A stretch of 60,344 nt of DNA. It comes from Deltaproteobacteria bacterium (GTDB lineage: Bacteria > Myxococcota_A > UBA9160 > UBA6930). The DNA is taken from NCBI GenBank assembly GCA_031387905.1, contig JANNDT010000277.1, forward strand, positions 1-60,344, given 5' to 3'. The position numbers and the translations under genes were made by a program. The notes under the pieces are model-generated. The model saw only the letters and a program-made list of their open reading frames with translations, did not search any database and was not told the DNA's origin. Below are positions 1-9,648 of the stretch, piece by piece. Every line of letters starts with the position of its first letter. Position 1 is the first letter of the stretch.

Positions 1-1
1 C

Positions 2-352
<351 letters not shown>

Positions 353-391
353 TTCCTCCCCGCCGCGGCGCTAACGCCCCTCGCTGATCCC

Positions 392-3300
392 ATGCCCAAC
401 ACGCCGCTCCTCGACGCCAGCTACGAGCTCGACCACCGCTACACGCGCACGACCGGCCGCGTGTTCCTCACCGGCGTACAGGCGCTCGTGCGCCTCCCGA
501 TGCTTCAGCGCGAACGCGACCGCGCGGCGGGCCTCGCGACAGCGGGCTTCATCTCCGGCTATCGCGGCTCGCCGCTCGGCGGTTACGACCTCGGGCTCTG
601 GGAAGCGCGCGCGCACCTCGAGCGCTGCGACGTGCTCTTCCAGCCCGGCGTGAACGAGGACCTCGCGGCCACGGCGGTCTGGGGCACGCAGCAAGCGATG
701 GTGCAGCCGGGGCCCAAAAAAGACGGCGTGTTCGCGATCTGGTACGGCAAGGGCCCTGGCGTCGACCGCTCGCTCGACCCGATCAAGCACGGCAACTACA
801 TGGGCACCGCGAAGCACGGCGGCGTGCTCGCGCTGTGCGGCGACGACCCCGGCGCGAAGTCGAGCTCGATCGCGCACCAGAGCGAGCAGGCGATGATTCA
901 CGCCGGCATCCCGGTGCTGAACCCTGCGAGCGTGCAGGAGTACCTCGACTTCGGCGTGCTCGGCTTCGCGATGTCGCGCTTCTCAGGTTGTTGGGTCGCG
1001 ATGAAATGCCTGACCGACACCGTGGACAGCGGCGCGTCCGTCGAGGTTGGCCCCGAGCGCGTGCGCGTCGTCGTGCCCGAGTTCGCGTTCCCGGCGCGCG
1101 ATCACCACATCACGATGAACAACATCCCGCTCGAGATCGAGCGCGCGCTGTATCAGGTGAAGCTGCCGGCGGCGCAGGCGTTTGCGCGCGCGAACGCGGT
1201 CGATCGCGTGGCGCTGGATGCACCGTGGCGCCGTTTCGGAATTGTCACGGCTGGCAAGCCCTACCTCGACGTGCGCCAGGCGCTCGAGGAACTCGGCCTC
1301 GACGAGGCGAAGTGCGCTGCGCTCGGGCTGTGCATCTACAAGGTGGGGATGACCTGGCCGCTCGAGCCGGAGCGGATTCGCGCGTTTTGTTCGGGGCTCG
1401 AAGATGTGCTCGTCGTCGAGGAGAAGCGGCCGATCGTCGAGGAGCAGCTCGCGCGCGTGCTCTACAACGAGCCGCAGCGGCCACGCTTGTTGGGGAAACG
1501 CGACGAGAACGGCTCGCCGCTCGTGCCGAACGAGGGCGAACTCACGCCGAGCGCGATCGCCGCGGTGATCCGCGGCTGGCTCGAGCGCCGCGCGCCCGAG
1601 CACGCGGGCTCGTTGCGCGCCGCGGTCGCCAGCGCGCCGGTAGCGCCGCCGGCGCAGCTGATGCGCCTGCCGAGCTTCTGCTCGGGCTGCCCGCCTAACA
1701 CCTCGACCGTGGTGCCCGAAGACTCGATCGCGCTCGGCGGCATCGGCTGCCACGGCATGGCCGTTTGGCTCCCCGAACGTCGGACGTTCGGGGCCACCCA
1801 AATGGGCGGCGAAGGCGCGAACTGGATCGGCACCGCGCCGTTCACCTCGCTCCCGCACGTCTTCCAGAACCTCGGCGACGGCACCTACTTCCACAGCGGC
1901 CTGCTCGCGATCCGCGCCTGCGTCGCTGCCAACGTGAACATCACCTACAAGCTGCTCGTGAACGGCGCCGTCGCGATGACGGGCGGACAGCCGATCGAGG
2001 GCGAGCCGCTCGAAGGCGAAGTGACTTGCCCCGAGATCGCGCGGCAGCTCGTCGCGGAAGGCGTGAAGCGCGTGGTCGTCGTGACGGACGACGTCACCAA
2101 GTTCGACGAGGGCGTATTCCCGGCTGGCGTCGCCGTCCACGATCGCTCCGAGCTGATGACCGTGCAGAAGCGGCTGCGCGAAGTGCCGGGTGTTACGGCG
2201 ATCGTCTACGACCAGACCTGCGCGGCGGAAGCGCGCCGCCTGCGCCGGCAAGGCAAGTTCGACGACCCGGATCGCCGCATCCTGATCAACGAACTCGTGT
2301 GCGAGGGCTGCGGCGATTGCTCGGTGCAGAGCAACTGCATCTCGATCGAGCCGCTCGAAACCGAGTTCGGGCGCAAGCGGAAGATCAACCAATCGAGCTG
2401 CAACAAGGATTTCTCGTGCGTCAAAGGTTATTGCCCGAGCTTCGTCTCCGTAACAGGTGGCAAGCTGCGCAAGGCGGAAACGAAGCGAGCGGGCATCGAC
2501 GAGAGCGCGCTGTTTGCGGCGCTGCCGCAGCCGGCGCTGCCCGTGCTCGACGCGCCCTACAACGTGCTGCTCACGGGGATCGGCGGCACGGGCGTCGTCA
2601 CGGTGGGCGCGATCCTCGCGATGGCCGCGCACCTCGAAGGCCGCGGCGCGAGCGAACTCGACGTGACCGGCCTCGCGCAGAAGAACGGCGCGGTCGCTAG
2701 CCACGTGCGCATCGCGCGAACACCCGAGGCGATTCACGCCACGCGCATCGGCGCGGGCGGCGCGGATCTCGCGATCGGCTGCGACGTCGTCGTGATGACC
2801 AGTCTCGAGAATCTCCCGAAACTCTCGCCGCGCACCACGGCAGTGGTGAACTCGCACGTGCAGCCCACCGCGGAGTTCGCGACCAATGCGAACCTCGATC
2901 TCTCCGCCGACAAGATGCTGGGCGCGGTGCGTAGCGCGTGCGGCGAAGCGAACGTGCACGCCGTGGGCGCGAACGAGCTCGCGCTGGCTTTGCTCGGCGA
3001 CACGATCGCTACGAACATGTTATTGCTCGGCTTCGCCTGGCAGCGCGGCAAGCTGCCGGTGAGCCATGCCGCGCTCGACCGCGCGATGCTGCTGAACGGC
3101 CGCGGCGTCGAGCTGAACCGCCGCGCGTTCGCGTGGGGGCGGCTGCTCGCTCACGACCCCGAGGCGGTGAAGCGCGCAGCCAAGCCGCTGCTGCGCGAGC
3201 CCGCGGCGCTCGCGGACGCGACGCTCAACGCGCTGGTTGCGAAGCGCGCGGAGTTCCTCACCGCTTATCAGGGCGCCGCGTACGCGGAGCGCTACCGCAA

Positions 3301-3871
3301 GTTCGTCGCGCGCGTCGCGGAACACGAGCAACGAGCCGTGCGCGGGCACGACGCGCTGGCGAAAGCGGCGGCGCGTTACTACTTCAAGCTGCTCGCGTAC
3401 AAAGACGAGTACGAGGTGGCGCGGCTGTATTCGGACGGCTCGTTCGCCGCGCAGGTTTCGCGCGAGTTCGAGGGCGACTTCTCGCTCTCGCTCCACCTCT
3501 CGCCGCAGTTCCTGCCCGCGTTCCTCGCGCCGCGCGACCCCGAGACCGGCCGCGTGAAGAAGTGGTCGATTCCCATGCGCCTGATGCTGCCGGCGTTCAA
3601 GGCGATGGCGGCCCTGAAGTTCCTGCGCGGCAGCCCGCTCGACCCGTTCGGCTGGACGAAGCAGCGCCGCGACGAGCGCGCCGAAATCGTGCGCTACGAG
3701 ACGACGACGGGCGAGCTGCTCGATGCGCTCACGCGCGAGAACCTGCCGATCGCGGTAGAGATCGCGAGCCTGCCCGAAATCGTGCGCGGCTTCGACACGG
3801 TGAAGGAACGCCACCTCGAGCAGGCGCGCGGCAAAGAGCGCGAGTTGCTCGCGGCGTTTCGGCGAGCGTAG
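392..3871 (+). CDS. Indolepyruvate ferredoxin oxidoreductase family protein (fused IorA/IorB type)
   Basis: 1159-aa ORF. It has a 2-oxoacid:ferredoxin oxidoreductase-like N-half (GYRGSPLGG, WYGKGPGVDR), a Cys cluster CEGCGDCSVQSNC...CNKDFSCVKGYCPSF and a GIGGTGVVT gamma-like domain. Confidence 0.9.
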   Translation: MPNTPLLDASYELDHRYTRTTGRVFLTGVQALVRLPMLQRERDRAAGLATAGFISGYRGSPLGGYDLGLWEARAHLERCDVLFQPGVNEDLAATAVWGTQQAMVQPGPKKDGVFAIWYGKGPGVDRSLDPIKHGNYMGTAKHGGVLALCGDDPGAKSSSIAHQSEQAMIHAGIPVLNPASVQEYLDFGVLGFAMSRFSGCWVAMKCLTDTVDSGASVEVGPERVRVVVPEFAFPARDHHITMNNIPLEIERALYQVKLPAAQAFARANAVDRVALDAPWRRFGIVTAGKPYLDVRQALEELGLDEAKCAALGLCIYKVGMTWPLEPERIRAFCSGLEDVLVVEEKRPIVEEQLARVLYNEPQRPRLLGKRDENGSPLVPNEGELTPSAIAAVIRGWLERRAPEHAGSLRAAVASAPVAPPAQLMRLPSFCSGCPPNTSTVVPEDSIALGGIGCHGMAVWLPERRTFGATQMGGEGANWIGTAPFTSLPHVFQNLGDGTYFHSGLLAIRACVAANVNITYKLLVNGAVAMTGGQPIEGEPLEGEVTCPEIARQLVAEGVKRVVVVTDDVTKFDEGVFPAGVAVHDRSELMTVQKRLREVPGVTAIVYDQTCAAEARRLRRQGKFDDPDRRILINELVCEGCGDCSVQSNCISIEPLETEFGRKRKINQSSCNKDFSCVKGYCPSFVSVTGGKLRKAETKRAGIDESALFAALPQPALPVLDAPYNVLLTGIGGTGVVTVGAILAMAAHLEGRGASELDVTGLAQKNGAVASHVRIARTPEAIHATRIGAGGADLAIGCDVVVMTSLENLPKLSPRTTAVVNSHVQPTAEFATNANLDLSADKMLGAVRSACGEANVHAVGANELALALLGDTIATNMLLLGFAWQRGKLPVSHAALDRAMLLNGRGVELNRRAFAWGRLLAHDPEAVKRAAKPLLREPAALADATLNALVAKRAEFLTAYQGAAYAERYRKFVARVAEHEQRAVRGHDALAKAAARYYFKLLAYKDEYEVARLYSDGSFAAQVSREFEGDFSLSLHLSPQFLPAFLAPRDPETGRVKKWSIPMRLMLPAFKAMAALKFLRGSPLDPFGWTKQRRDERAEIVRYETTTGELLDALTRENLPIAVEIASLPEIVRGFDTVKERHLEQARGKERELLAAFRRA

Positions 3872-3895
3872 TCATTTTTCCTGAGGAGAAGCGCG

Positions 3896-5137
3896 ATGGC
3901 GCGACTAGTTCTGAAGAACGCGAATCTGCTCGACGGCGACAGCGCTGCGAAACCCGGCACGAACATCGTGATCGACGGCGAGCGCATCGCGAGCGTCGGC
4001 GCCGCTCCTGTGGCCGCGAAGCCCGGTGATCGCGTGATCGAGCTCGCGGGCAAGACAGTGATGCCCGGCATCGTCTCTGGCCACTTTCACGCCTCGTACA
4101 ACAACATCACGATCCAGCCCGAACCGCTCGGCGTCGAGCGCCCTGAGAACTACCTCGCGCTCGTTGCGGCGAAGAACCTGAGACTCGCGCTCGAGTGCGG
4201 CATCACGAGCGTGGTGTCGAGCGGCGCGAACGCTGGCACCATCGACGCCGACGTGTGGCTCGCGATCCAAGAAGGCCTAATCCCCGGCCCGCGAATGATG
4301 CCCGCGAGCCGCGGTCTCGACGCCGTCGGCGGCTACACCGACACCGAGAAGTGGTGGTGGAACCTAGGCAACAAGGGCGCGCAGCTGCTCTGCTCCGGCC
4401 CTGATGAGTTCGAGCGCGCCGTGCGCACCGAGATCAAGCGTGGCGCGCGCATGATCAAGCTGTTCCTCTCGGGCGGACACGCCGTGCCCGAGTACGAAGG
4501 CGCGATGAGCCTCTCGAGAGCCGAACTCGACGCCGTGATGCGCACTGCGCACTCGCGGAACGCCAAGGTGCGCGCGCACTGTGTGTGGAAGAACGTGCTG
4601 CTCGAAGCCGTCGCCGCCGGTATCGACGTGATCGATCACGGCGATCAGATGGACGAAGAGTGCATGGACGCGATGCAAGCGCGCGGTGTGTTCTGGGTGC
4701 CGAGCGCGTTCTTCACCGCGCAGATGATCGCGCCTGATGCGGCGCTCTCGATGGCGACGCCCGAGCAAATGGCGCCGCTGCGCAACGAGTTCGAGAACGT
4801 GCTGCGCCGCGTGCAGCAAGCGCGCGCGAACGGCATGAAAGTCGTGCTCGGCGATGACTATGGAATCATCGTCCTGCCCCATGGCCGCTACATGGAAGAG
4901 CTCGAGTTCTACGTCAAACAAGTGGGCATTCCCGCGCTCGACGTGATCCGCTGGGGCACGAAGAACGGCGGCGAGCTACTCGGCGGCGCGATCAAGACCG
5001 GCATGATTCGGGAGGGTTACTACGCAGACCTGCTAGTGGTGGACGGCGACCCGTCCGCCGATATCGCGCTGCTCCAGAACAAAACCAAGGTTCGCGCCAT
5101 CCTAAAGGGCGGCGCGTTCGTGCGGGACGCGCTGTAA
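3896..5137 (+). CDS. Amidohydrolase family metal-dependent hydrolase
   Basis: 413 aa with a GAGGAG RBS upstream. Motifs: KTVMPGIVSGHFH, KLFLSGG, IDHGD, ADLLVVDGDP. Confidence 0.85.
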   Translation: MARLVLKNANLLDGDSAAKPGTNIVIDGERIASVGAAPVAAKPGDRVIELAGKTVMPGIVSGHFHASYNNITIQPEPLGVERPENYLALVAAKNLRLALECGITSVVSSGANAGTIDADVWLAIQEGLIPGPRMMPASRGLDAVGGYTDTEKWWWNLGNKGAQLLCSGPDEFERAVRTEIKRGARMIKLFLSGGHAVPEYEGAMSLSRAELDAVMRTAHSRNAKVRAHCVWKNVLLEAVAAGIDVIDHGDQMDEECMDAMQARGVFWVPSAFFTAQMIAPDAALSMATPEQMAPLRNEFENVLRRVQQARANGMKVVLGDDYGIIVLPHGRYMEELEFYVKQVGIPALDVIRWGTKNGGELLGGAIKTGMIREGYYADLLVVDGDPSADIALLQNKTKVRAILKGGAFVRDAL

Positions 5138-5150
5138 CGAGGGGAACCCC

Positions 5151-5696
5151 ATGCGTTCGCGCGAGATCGTGCTGCTGATCGGTGTCGCCGCGCTGGCCTG
5201 CGCCTCGTCGCTGCCGATCGAGCGGCGCGACTACATCCTCGCCCACCCGCACGGCTGGGTAGAGGTGAAGATCGACGACCGCGGCGTGCCGCTCGTGCCC
5301 GAACACGAAACCAAGGACGGGAAACAAGTCGTCAAAGACTGGGTGAAGCCGACGTACTGCACCGTTTCGGTCGCGGTCGATGGCGAGGAGTTCGTCGAAC
5401 GCGTCCAAGTGTTTCCGCAGGGCGACCGCGCCCCCTTCCGCGCCGACTCGGGGATCCGCTTCCCCGCGCTGATCGGCACGCCGATCGTGAAGCTCTCGTG
5501 GTACGGCTGCCGCGTGAAGGGCGAAGACACCGAGACAGTCGAGCAGGAGATCTTCGTCGCGGTCGAGCGCGATCTCGTGACGGACATCTCCTTCGACGGC
5601 GCGCAGCTCTTCACCGCCGCGCCGCGCGCGGACACCGTCGTAACACTTGACGACGTGTACGAAGCCGTGACCGGCGGGCGGAAGAAGGCGCAGTAG
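5151..5696 (+). CDS. Hypothetical lipoprotein
   Basis: The N-terminus MRSREIVLLIGVAALACASS has a lipobox-like LAC. Amino-acid composition is coding-like, and it lies 13 nt after the preceding gene. Confidence 0.6.
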   Translation: MRSREIVLLIGVAALACASSLPIERRDYILAHPHGWVEVKIDDRGVPLVPEHETKDGKQVVKDWVKPTYCTVSVAVDGEEFVERVQVFPQGDRAPFRADSGIRFPALIGTPIVKLSWYGCRVKGEDTETVEQEIFVAVERDLVTDISFDGAQLFTAAPRADTVVTLDDVYEAVTGGRKKAQ

Positions 5697-5716
5697 CGCG
5701 GAAGAGAGCTCGCGAG

Positions 5717-5938
5717 GTGCGGCACGACTACGCGCGCGAGGCCGCACAGCGCGCTGCAAGTTCGGGCGGCGCGCTCACACCGGAGGACGCGATCCTGCAC
5801 GCGCTGCTCGCGGGCGCGCCGGAGCAGCTCGCCGAAGCCGCGCGCATCCTGGCCGCGACGCCGCTGCTCGACCGCGATTACCTCGAATACTGGGTCGACG
5901 GGCTCGGCTTGCAGGAGCGCTGGCGCGCGCTGGGCTGA
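5717..5938 (+). CDS. Small hypothetical protein (73 aa)
   Basis: GTG-start ORF directly after the lipoprotein gene. Composition is protein-like and I recognise no family. Confidence 0.35.
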   Translation: MRHDYAREAAQRAASSGGALTPEDAILHALLAGAPEQLAEAARILAATPLLDRDYLEYWVDGLGLQERWRALG

Positions 5939-5952
5939 GTCCGCGGCGCGAG

Positions 5953-6822
5953 TTATTGCGGAAGTCCGCGCTGCGCGAGCCCAGATTCGGTCGCCGGCTC
6001 GCCGGCGATCCGGGTGTGATGCATGACGCGCGGCTGCGCGGGATCGAACGGGCGCGCGCGATGCAGCACGCAGCGGTTGTCCCAGATCGCGGCGTCACCC
6101 GCCTGCCAGCGATGCTGCCAGGTGCGCGGTGGCTGGCACGCGAACGCGAGCAACGCGCTGAGCAAGCGCTCGGATTCTTGCTCGGCGAGGCCGGGTATCC
6201 CATACGCGTGGCGACCGATGAACAGCGAGCGGCGGCCTGTTACTGGGTGTCGCTTCACGAGCGGGCGCAGCGGCGGCGCGTGGCCCTCCGACCCGTACGC
6301 GAGCGCGCTGCTCGCGCGTTCGCCGATCTTCGCCTGCGAGTAGACGAGCGAGTGATGCGCCGCGAAGCCGTCGATGCGCGCCCGCGTGCCCGGCTCGAGC
6401 GCATCGTAGGCGGCGCGCATGTCGGCCCACTCCGTTTCGCCGCCGCTCATGGTGGGCACTTCGGCGGAGAGAATCGACGCCTTCGCCGCCAGCGGCATGT
6501 AGGAGCTGTCGGTGTGCCAGCCCTCGTTTCCGCGCAGAATCCCTAACACCGGGTCCGCCGGGTCGCGCAGGCTTCCGTCGGGCCGCAAATTGCTGATCGG
6601 CACCGTGCCGGTCTTCGCGACGAGCGAATCGAGTTCGCCAAAGCGCCGGCCGAACGCCGTCTGCTGCTCACGGTTCAAGTGCTGGCCCGGGAACACGAGA
6701 ACGCCGTGGGCGTGAAATGCCGCCTCGATCACGCGCCACTCGGTGTCGCTCAGTCGCGCGAGCCGCACGCCGGTGACGACGGCGCCAAGGGTCGCGTCGG
6801 CCCGAGTCACTTGGCAGTTCAT
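5953..6822 (-). CDS. TauD/TfdA family Fe(II)/2-oxoglutarate dioxygenase
   Basis: Motifs: GWHTDSSYMPLAAKASILSAEVPTMSGGETEWADM, HRARPF. I chose the ATG at 6822, which has GGAG 7 nt upstream, rather than the track start at 6861. Confidence 0.85.
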   Translation of the reverse strand: MNCQVTRADATLGAVVTGVRLARLSDTEWRVIEAAFHAHGVLVFPGQHLNREQQTAFGRRFGELDSLVAKTGTVPISNLRPDGSLRDPADPVLGILRGNEGWHTDSSYMPLAAKASILSAEVPTMSGGETEWADMRAAYDALEPGTRARIDGFAAHHSLVYSQAKIGERASSALAYGSEGHAPPLRPLVKRHPVTGRRSLFIGRHAYGIPGLAEQESERLLSALLAFACQPPRTWQHRWQAGDAAIWDNRCVLHRARPFDPAQPRVMHHTRIAGEPATESGLAQRGLPQ

Positions 6823-6883
6823 GGTGCGACTCCCCGCTTCGTCAGGCGAACCATGGCGCACTCCGGCCTTGGCACGCTCGCGC

Positions 6884-7657
6884 TCAGCCGCGCTTGCGCA
6901 CTCTCCAGACTTCTTCGCACGGCCACTTGCGCGCCCAGTCGAGCGTGACGAAGTCCCAGCTCGTGGTCGCGTCCGCGGGCGGGCGCACCTCGAGCAGCGC
7001 CTCGATCTCGAAGCCCGCGCCGCGCAGCACGCGAATCCACTCGGCGTGCGTGAGGTGGAACTCGACGCCCGGGTCGTTGGGCCACTCGAGTCGGTAGAGC
7101 CCGAAGGCCGGGCGCAGCAACTCGTTCGTCGCCGGCACTCCCTGAACGGGCTGCGTCGTCAGCGACATCAGCATCGAGTTCACGAGGAACACGAGGCGGC
7201 CGCCCGGCCGTAACAAGCGCGCGGCTTCTGGAACCCAGCGCTGCGGATCGGCCCACAGGCACGCGCCGTACTCGGAGATCGCGAAGTCGAAGCTCGCGTC
7301 GGGGTACGGCACGGCCTCGGCGTTGCCGTGCACGAGCGGGAACTCGAGACCGTGCTCGCGCTGCATCGCGCGCGCGGTTTCGAGCTGCTTCGCCGAGTTG
7401 TCGATGCCGACGACGCGTGCGCCGCGGCGCGCCATCCACGCCGAGACGTAGGCGGTTCCGCAGCCGAGCTCGATCGCGTCCTTGCCCGCGAGGTCGTCGG
7501 GCAGCATGCGCAGCTCGACCTCGGGCGCGCCGAAGATTCCCCACGTCGGCTCCGCGCGCGTCCAGCTCGCTGCGACTCTTTGGGCGTAATCGGGCGCCCA
7601 GCTGTCCCATGCCTCGCGGTTGCGCTGCACGTGCTCGGGCAAATCACTCATCGCCAT
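6884..7657 (-). CDS. Class I SAM-dependent methyltransferase
   Basis: Motif I (AIELGCGTAYVS), then VVGIDNS and a later PYPDASFDFAISEYGA motif. Confidence 0.85.
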   Translation of the reverse strand: MAMSDLPEHVQRNREAWDSWAPDYAQRVAASWTRAEPTWGIFGAPEVELRMLPDDLAGKDAIELGCGTAYVSAWMARRGARVVGIDNSAKQLETARAMQREHGLEFPLVHGNAEAVPYPDASFDFAISEYGACLWADPQRWVPEAARLLRPGGRLVFLVNSMLMSLTTQPVQGVPATNELLRPAFGLYRLEWPNDPGVEFHLTHAEWIRVLRGAGFEIEALLEVRPPADATTSWDFVTLDWARKWPCEEVWRVRKRG

Positions 7658-8262
7658 GCCTCCAGCACGTCTGCGGTCGTCGCGAGCGTCGCGACGTTGC
7701 GCAGCGTGTGCTCAAACACCTGCTCCGCGTACTCGCGCGGCGTACCGGCGATCGCATCCGTCGGCAGCACGACCTGATAACCCGCGTTCACCGCGTCGAA
7801 CGTGAGGTTCATGATCGCGACGTTCACCGATACGCCAACGCCGACGATCGTCGTAATGCCCTCGTTGCGCAGCACGAAGTCGAGCTCGGTGCCGTGGAAC
7901 GGAGAGAGCCCGTGAATGCGCGCCAGCACGAGATCGCTCGGCGCTACGGCGACTTCGGGCACGATTTCCACCGCCGCAGAACCGGTCACCAGCTTTGGCT
8001 CCGCCTTCGCCATGTACTGGAAGATGCGCGCGTTCTTGTTCGCGCCGAGCCCATCGGCGCGGCGAATCGCCGTGCAGTGAATCACGCGCACGCCGCGCGC
8101 GCGCGCCGCCTCGCATAGCCGTGCGATGTTCGGGACGACGCGCTGCCCCTCTCGCGCGAGCTCGGGCAACGCCGAGAGATCTCCGATCACTCCGCGCTGG
8201 ATCTCTTGGGTCACGAGCGCGGTGTGCGCGGGGGAAATCAGCGCAGCGAGATCGATCGCCAT
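7648..8262 (-). CDS. Isochorismatase-family cysteine hydrolase
   Basis: 204 aa. ALVTQEIQRGVIG, VIHCT and GVGVSVNVAIMNLTFDAVNAGYQVVL are typical of the isochorismatase fold. Confidence 0.8.
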   Translation of the reverse strand: MAIDLAALISPAHTALVTQEIQRGVIGDLSALPELAREGQRVVPNIARLCEAARARGVRVIHCTAIRRADGLGANKNARIFQYMAKAEPKLVTGSAAVEIVPEVAVAPSDLVLARIHGLSPFHGTELDFVLRNEGITTIVGVGVSVNVAIMNLTFDAVNAGYQVVLPTDAIAGTPREYAEQVFEHTLRNVATLATTADVLEAWR

Positions 8263-8272
8263 CTAGGACTCC

Positions 8273-9067
8273 TCAGCTCACCATCAGCGCGCCACCATTC
8301 GGGTGGAGCACCTGCCCTGTCATGTAGCGGCTCGCGTCGCTCGCGAGGTAGACGACGGCGTGCGCGATGTCGCGCGGCTCGCCGGGGATGCCGAGCGGGC
8401 TGCGCTCGCTCATCTCGGCCAGCATCGCGGCGCGCTGCTCGGGCGTCTGGCTGCCGTCGGCATTCCGATAGCGGCGCCCGGCCATCTGCGTGTCGACCAT
8501 GCCGGGCGCGATGGCGTTCACGCGAATGCCGCTCTTCGCGAGCTCGAGGGCGAGCGTGCGCGTGAGCGCGACGACGCCGGCCTTGGTGGCGCCGTAGATG
8601 CCGTACTTCGGGTACGCCTGATAAGCGGCGCTCGAGGCGATGTTCACGATCGCGCCGCTGCCTTGCGGCGCCATCACGCGCGCGGCCGAGCGGCAGCCGT
8701 TGAGCACGCCCTTCAGGTTGACCGAGAGCAAGAGGTCGATGTCGGGTTCCGCCATCTCGAGCGTCGGCGCGACGCGCAGCATGCCGGCGACGTTGGCGAG
8801 AATGTCGAGGCGGCCGAAGCGCTGCACGGCGGTGTCGACGAGTGCGTCGAAGTCGGCGCGCTTCGAGACATCGGCCCGCATCGCGACCACGCGCCCGACG
8901 CTCTTCGCCGCGAGCCCATCGTGCCCGCCCGCGATGATGTCCGCTGCGATCACGCGCGCGCCGGCTTCTGCGAGTAGCTCCACCACACCGAGCCCGATTC
9001 CGCGCGCCGCGCCCGTAACAACTGCGACTTTTCCTTCGATGCGAAAGCCAGCCAGTCCATCACTCAT
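8273..9067 (-). CDS. SDR family oxidoreductase
   Basis: Motifs: GKVAVVTGAARGIGLG, NVAG, YGATKAG, PGMVDT. Confidence 0.9.
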   Translation of the reverse strand: MSDGLAGFRIEGKVAVVTGAARGIGLGVVELLAEAGARVIAADIIAGGHDGLAAKSVGRVVAMRADVSKRADFDALVDTAVQRFGRLDILANVAGMLRVAPTLEMAEPDIDLLLSVNLKGVLNGCRSAARVMAPQGSGAIVNIASSAAYQAYPKYGIYGATKAGVVALTRTLALELAKSGIRVNAIAPGMVDTQMAGRRYRNADGSQTPEQRAAMLAEMSERSPLGIPGEPRDIAHAVVYLASDASRYMTGQVLHPNGGALMVS

Positions 9068-9648
9068 TTCTCTGGCGACCTCTCTTTAGTCAAGCCTCCG
9101 CCTGCCTTCGTCCTATCAGCGCACTCGACGAACCTGCCCCTCACGTGCTGTTCGTAGTCGCGCGCGGATCGCAACGCGACGACCCAAGCGATGGGATTGG
9201 CGACGCCGCGTGGGCGATGCGCGAACGCGAGGACGTCCCCAATGAAAGCAGGCTCGACCACAATCTCCGTCCGCTGCTCCCGATCGAACGTCTCTGAATC
9301 AATTAGCTCCGCTGAGGCCAACCGGTACCGCACAACGAACTCATCCTGCGTCCGAATCCAGGTGCCGCGGTAGGTCTCGATTCCATCGCTCGAACCGAGT
9401 TCGATAGAGTCGTCCGTCCTGTAGAAAATACCGGTCGCCATCCGAAACTCACCGTTCGGGCAAAAGTTCGCGATCAGAGCCGGGGCGGTCGCCATGGCGT
9501 ATCCAAGCTCGAGTTCTTTGTGTGCGACTTCCCACTTAGCGTTCCACGCCCAGATTCCTAACAGTTCAGGTTCCGGGGTGGCTCCCAGGGACGCGACTGC
9601 CAAACAAACGACCGTGAACAATCCTGTGCAACGCAAGCGCGATCTCAA
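9064..9648 (-). CDS. Hypothetical secreted protein or lipoprotein (194 aa), lower GC than its neighbours
   Basis: TTG start at 9648 with AGGAG 7 nt upstream. A TTGA overlap joins it to the CaiB stop and an ATGA overlap joins it to the SDR start. It has a hydrophobic N-terminus (RSRLRCTGLFTVVCLAVASLGA). The part of track ORF 9064..10194 above 9648 overlaps the CaiB gene and is rejected. Confidence 0.5.
   Translation of the reverse strand: MRSRLRCTGLFTVVCLAVASLGATPEPELLGIWAWNAKWEVAHKELELGYAMATAPALIANFCPNGEFRMATGIFYRTDDSIELGSSDGIETYRGTWIRTQDEFVVRYRLASAELIDSETFDREQRTEIVVEPAFIGDVLAFAHRPRGVANPIAWVVALRSARDYEQHVRGRFVECADRTKAGGGLTKERSPEK

Noticed and set aside
835-2959. Long ORFs overlapping the oxidoreductase gene: 983..2959 minus (658 aa), 835..1698 plus and 1765..2700 plus.
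   Set aside because: They are Arg/Ala/Gly/Pro-rich with no recognisable motifs, and they lie antisense or out of frame to a gene with clear family signatures. These are typical open-frame artefacts of roughly 70% GC DNA.
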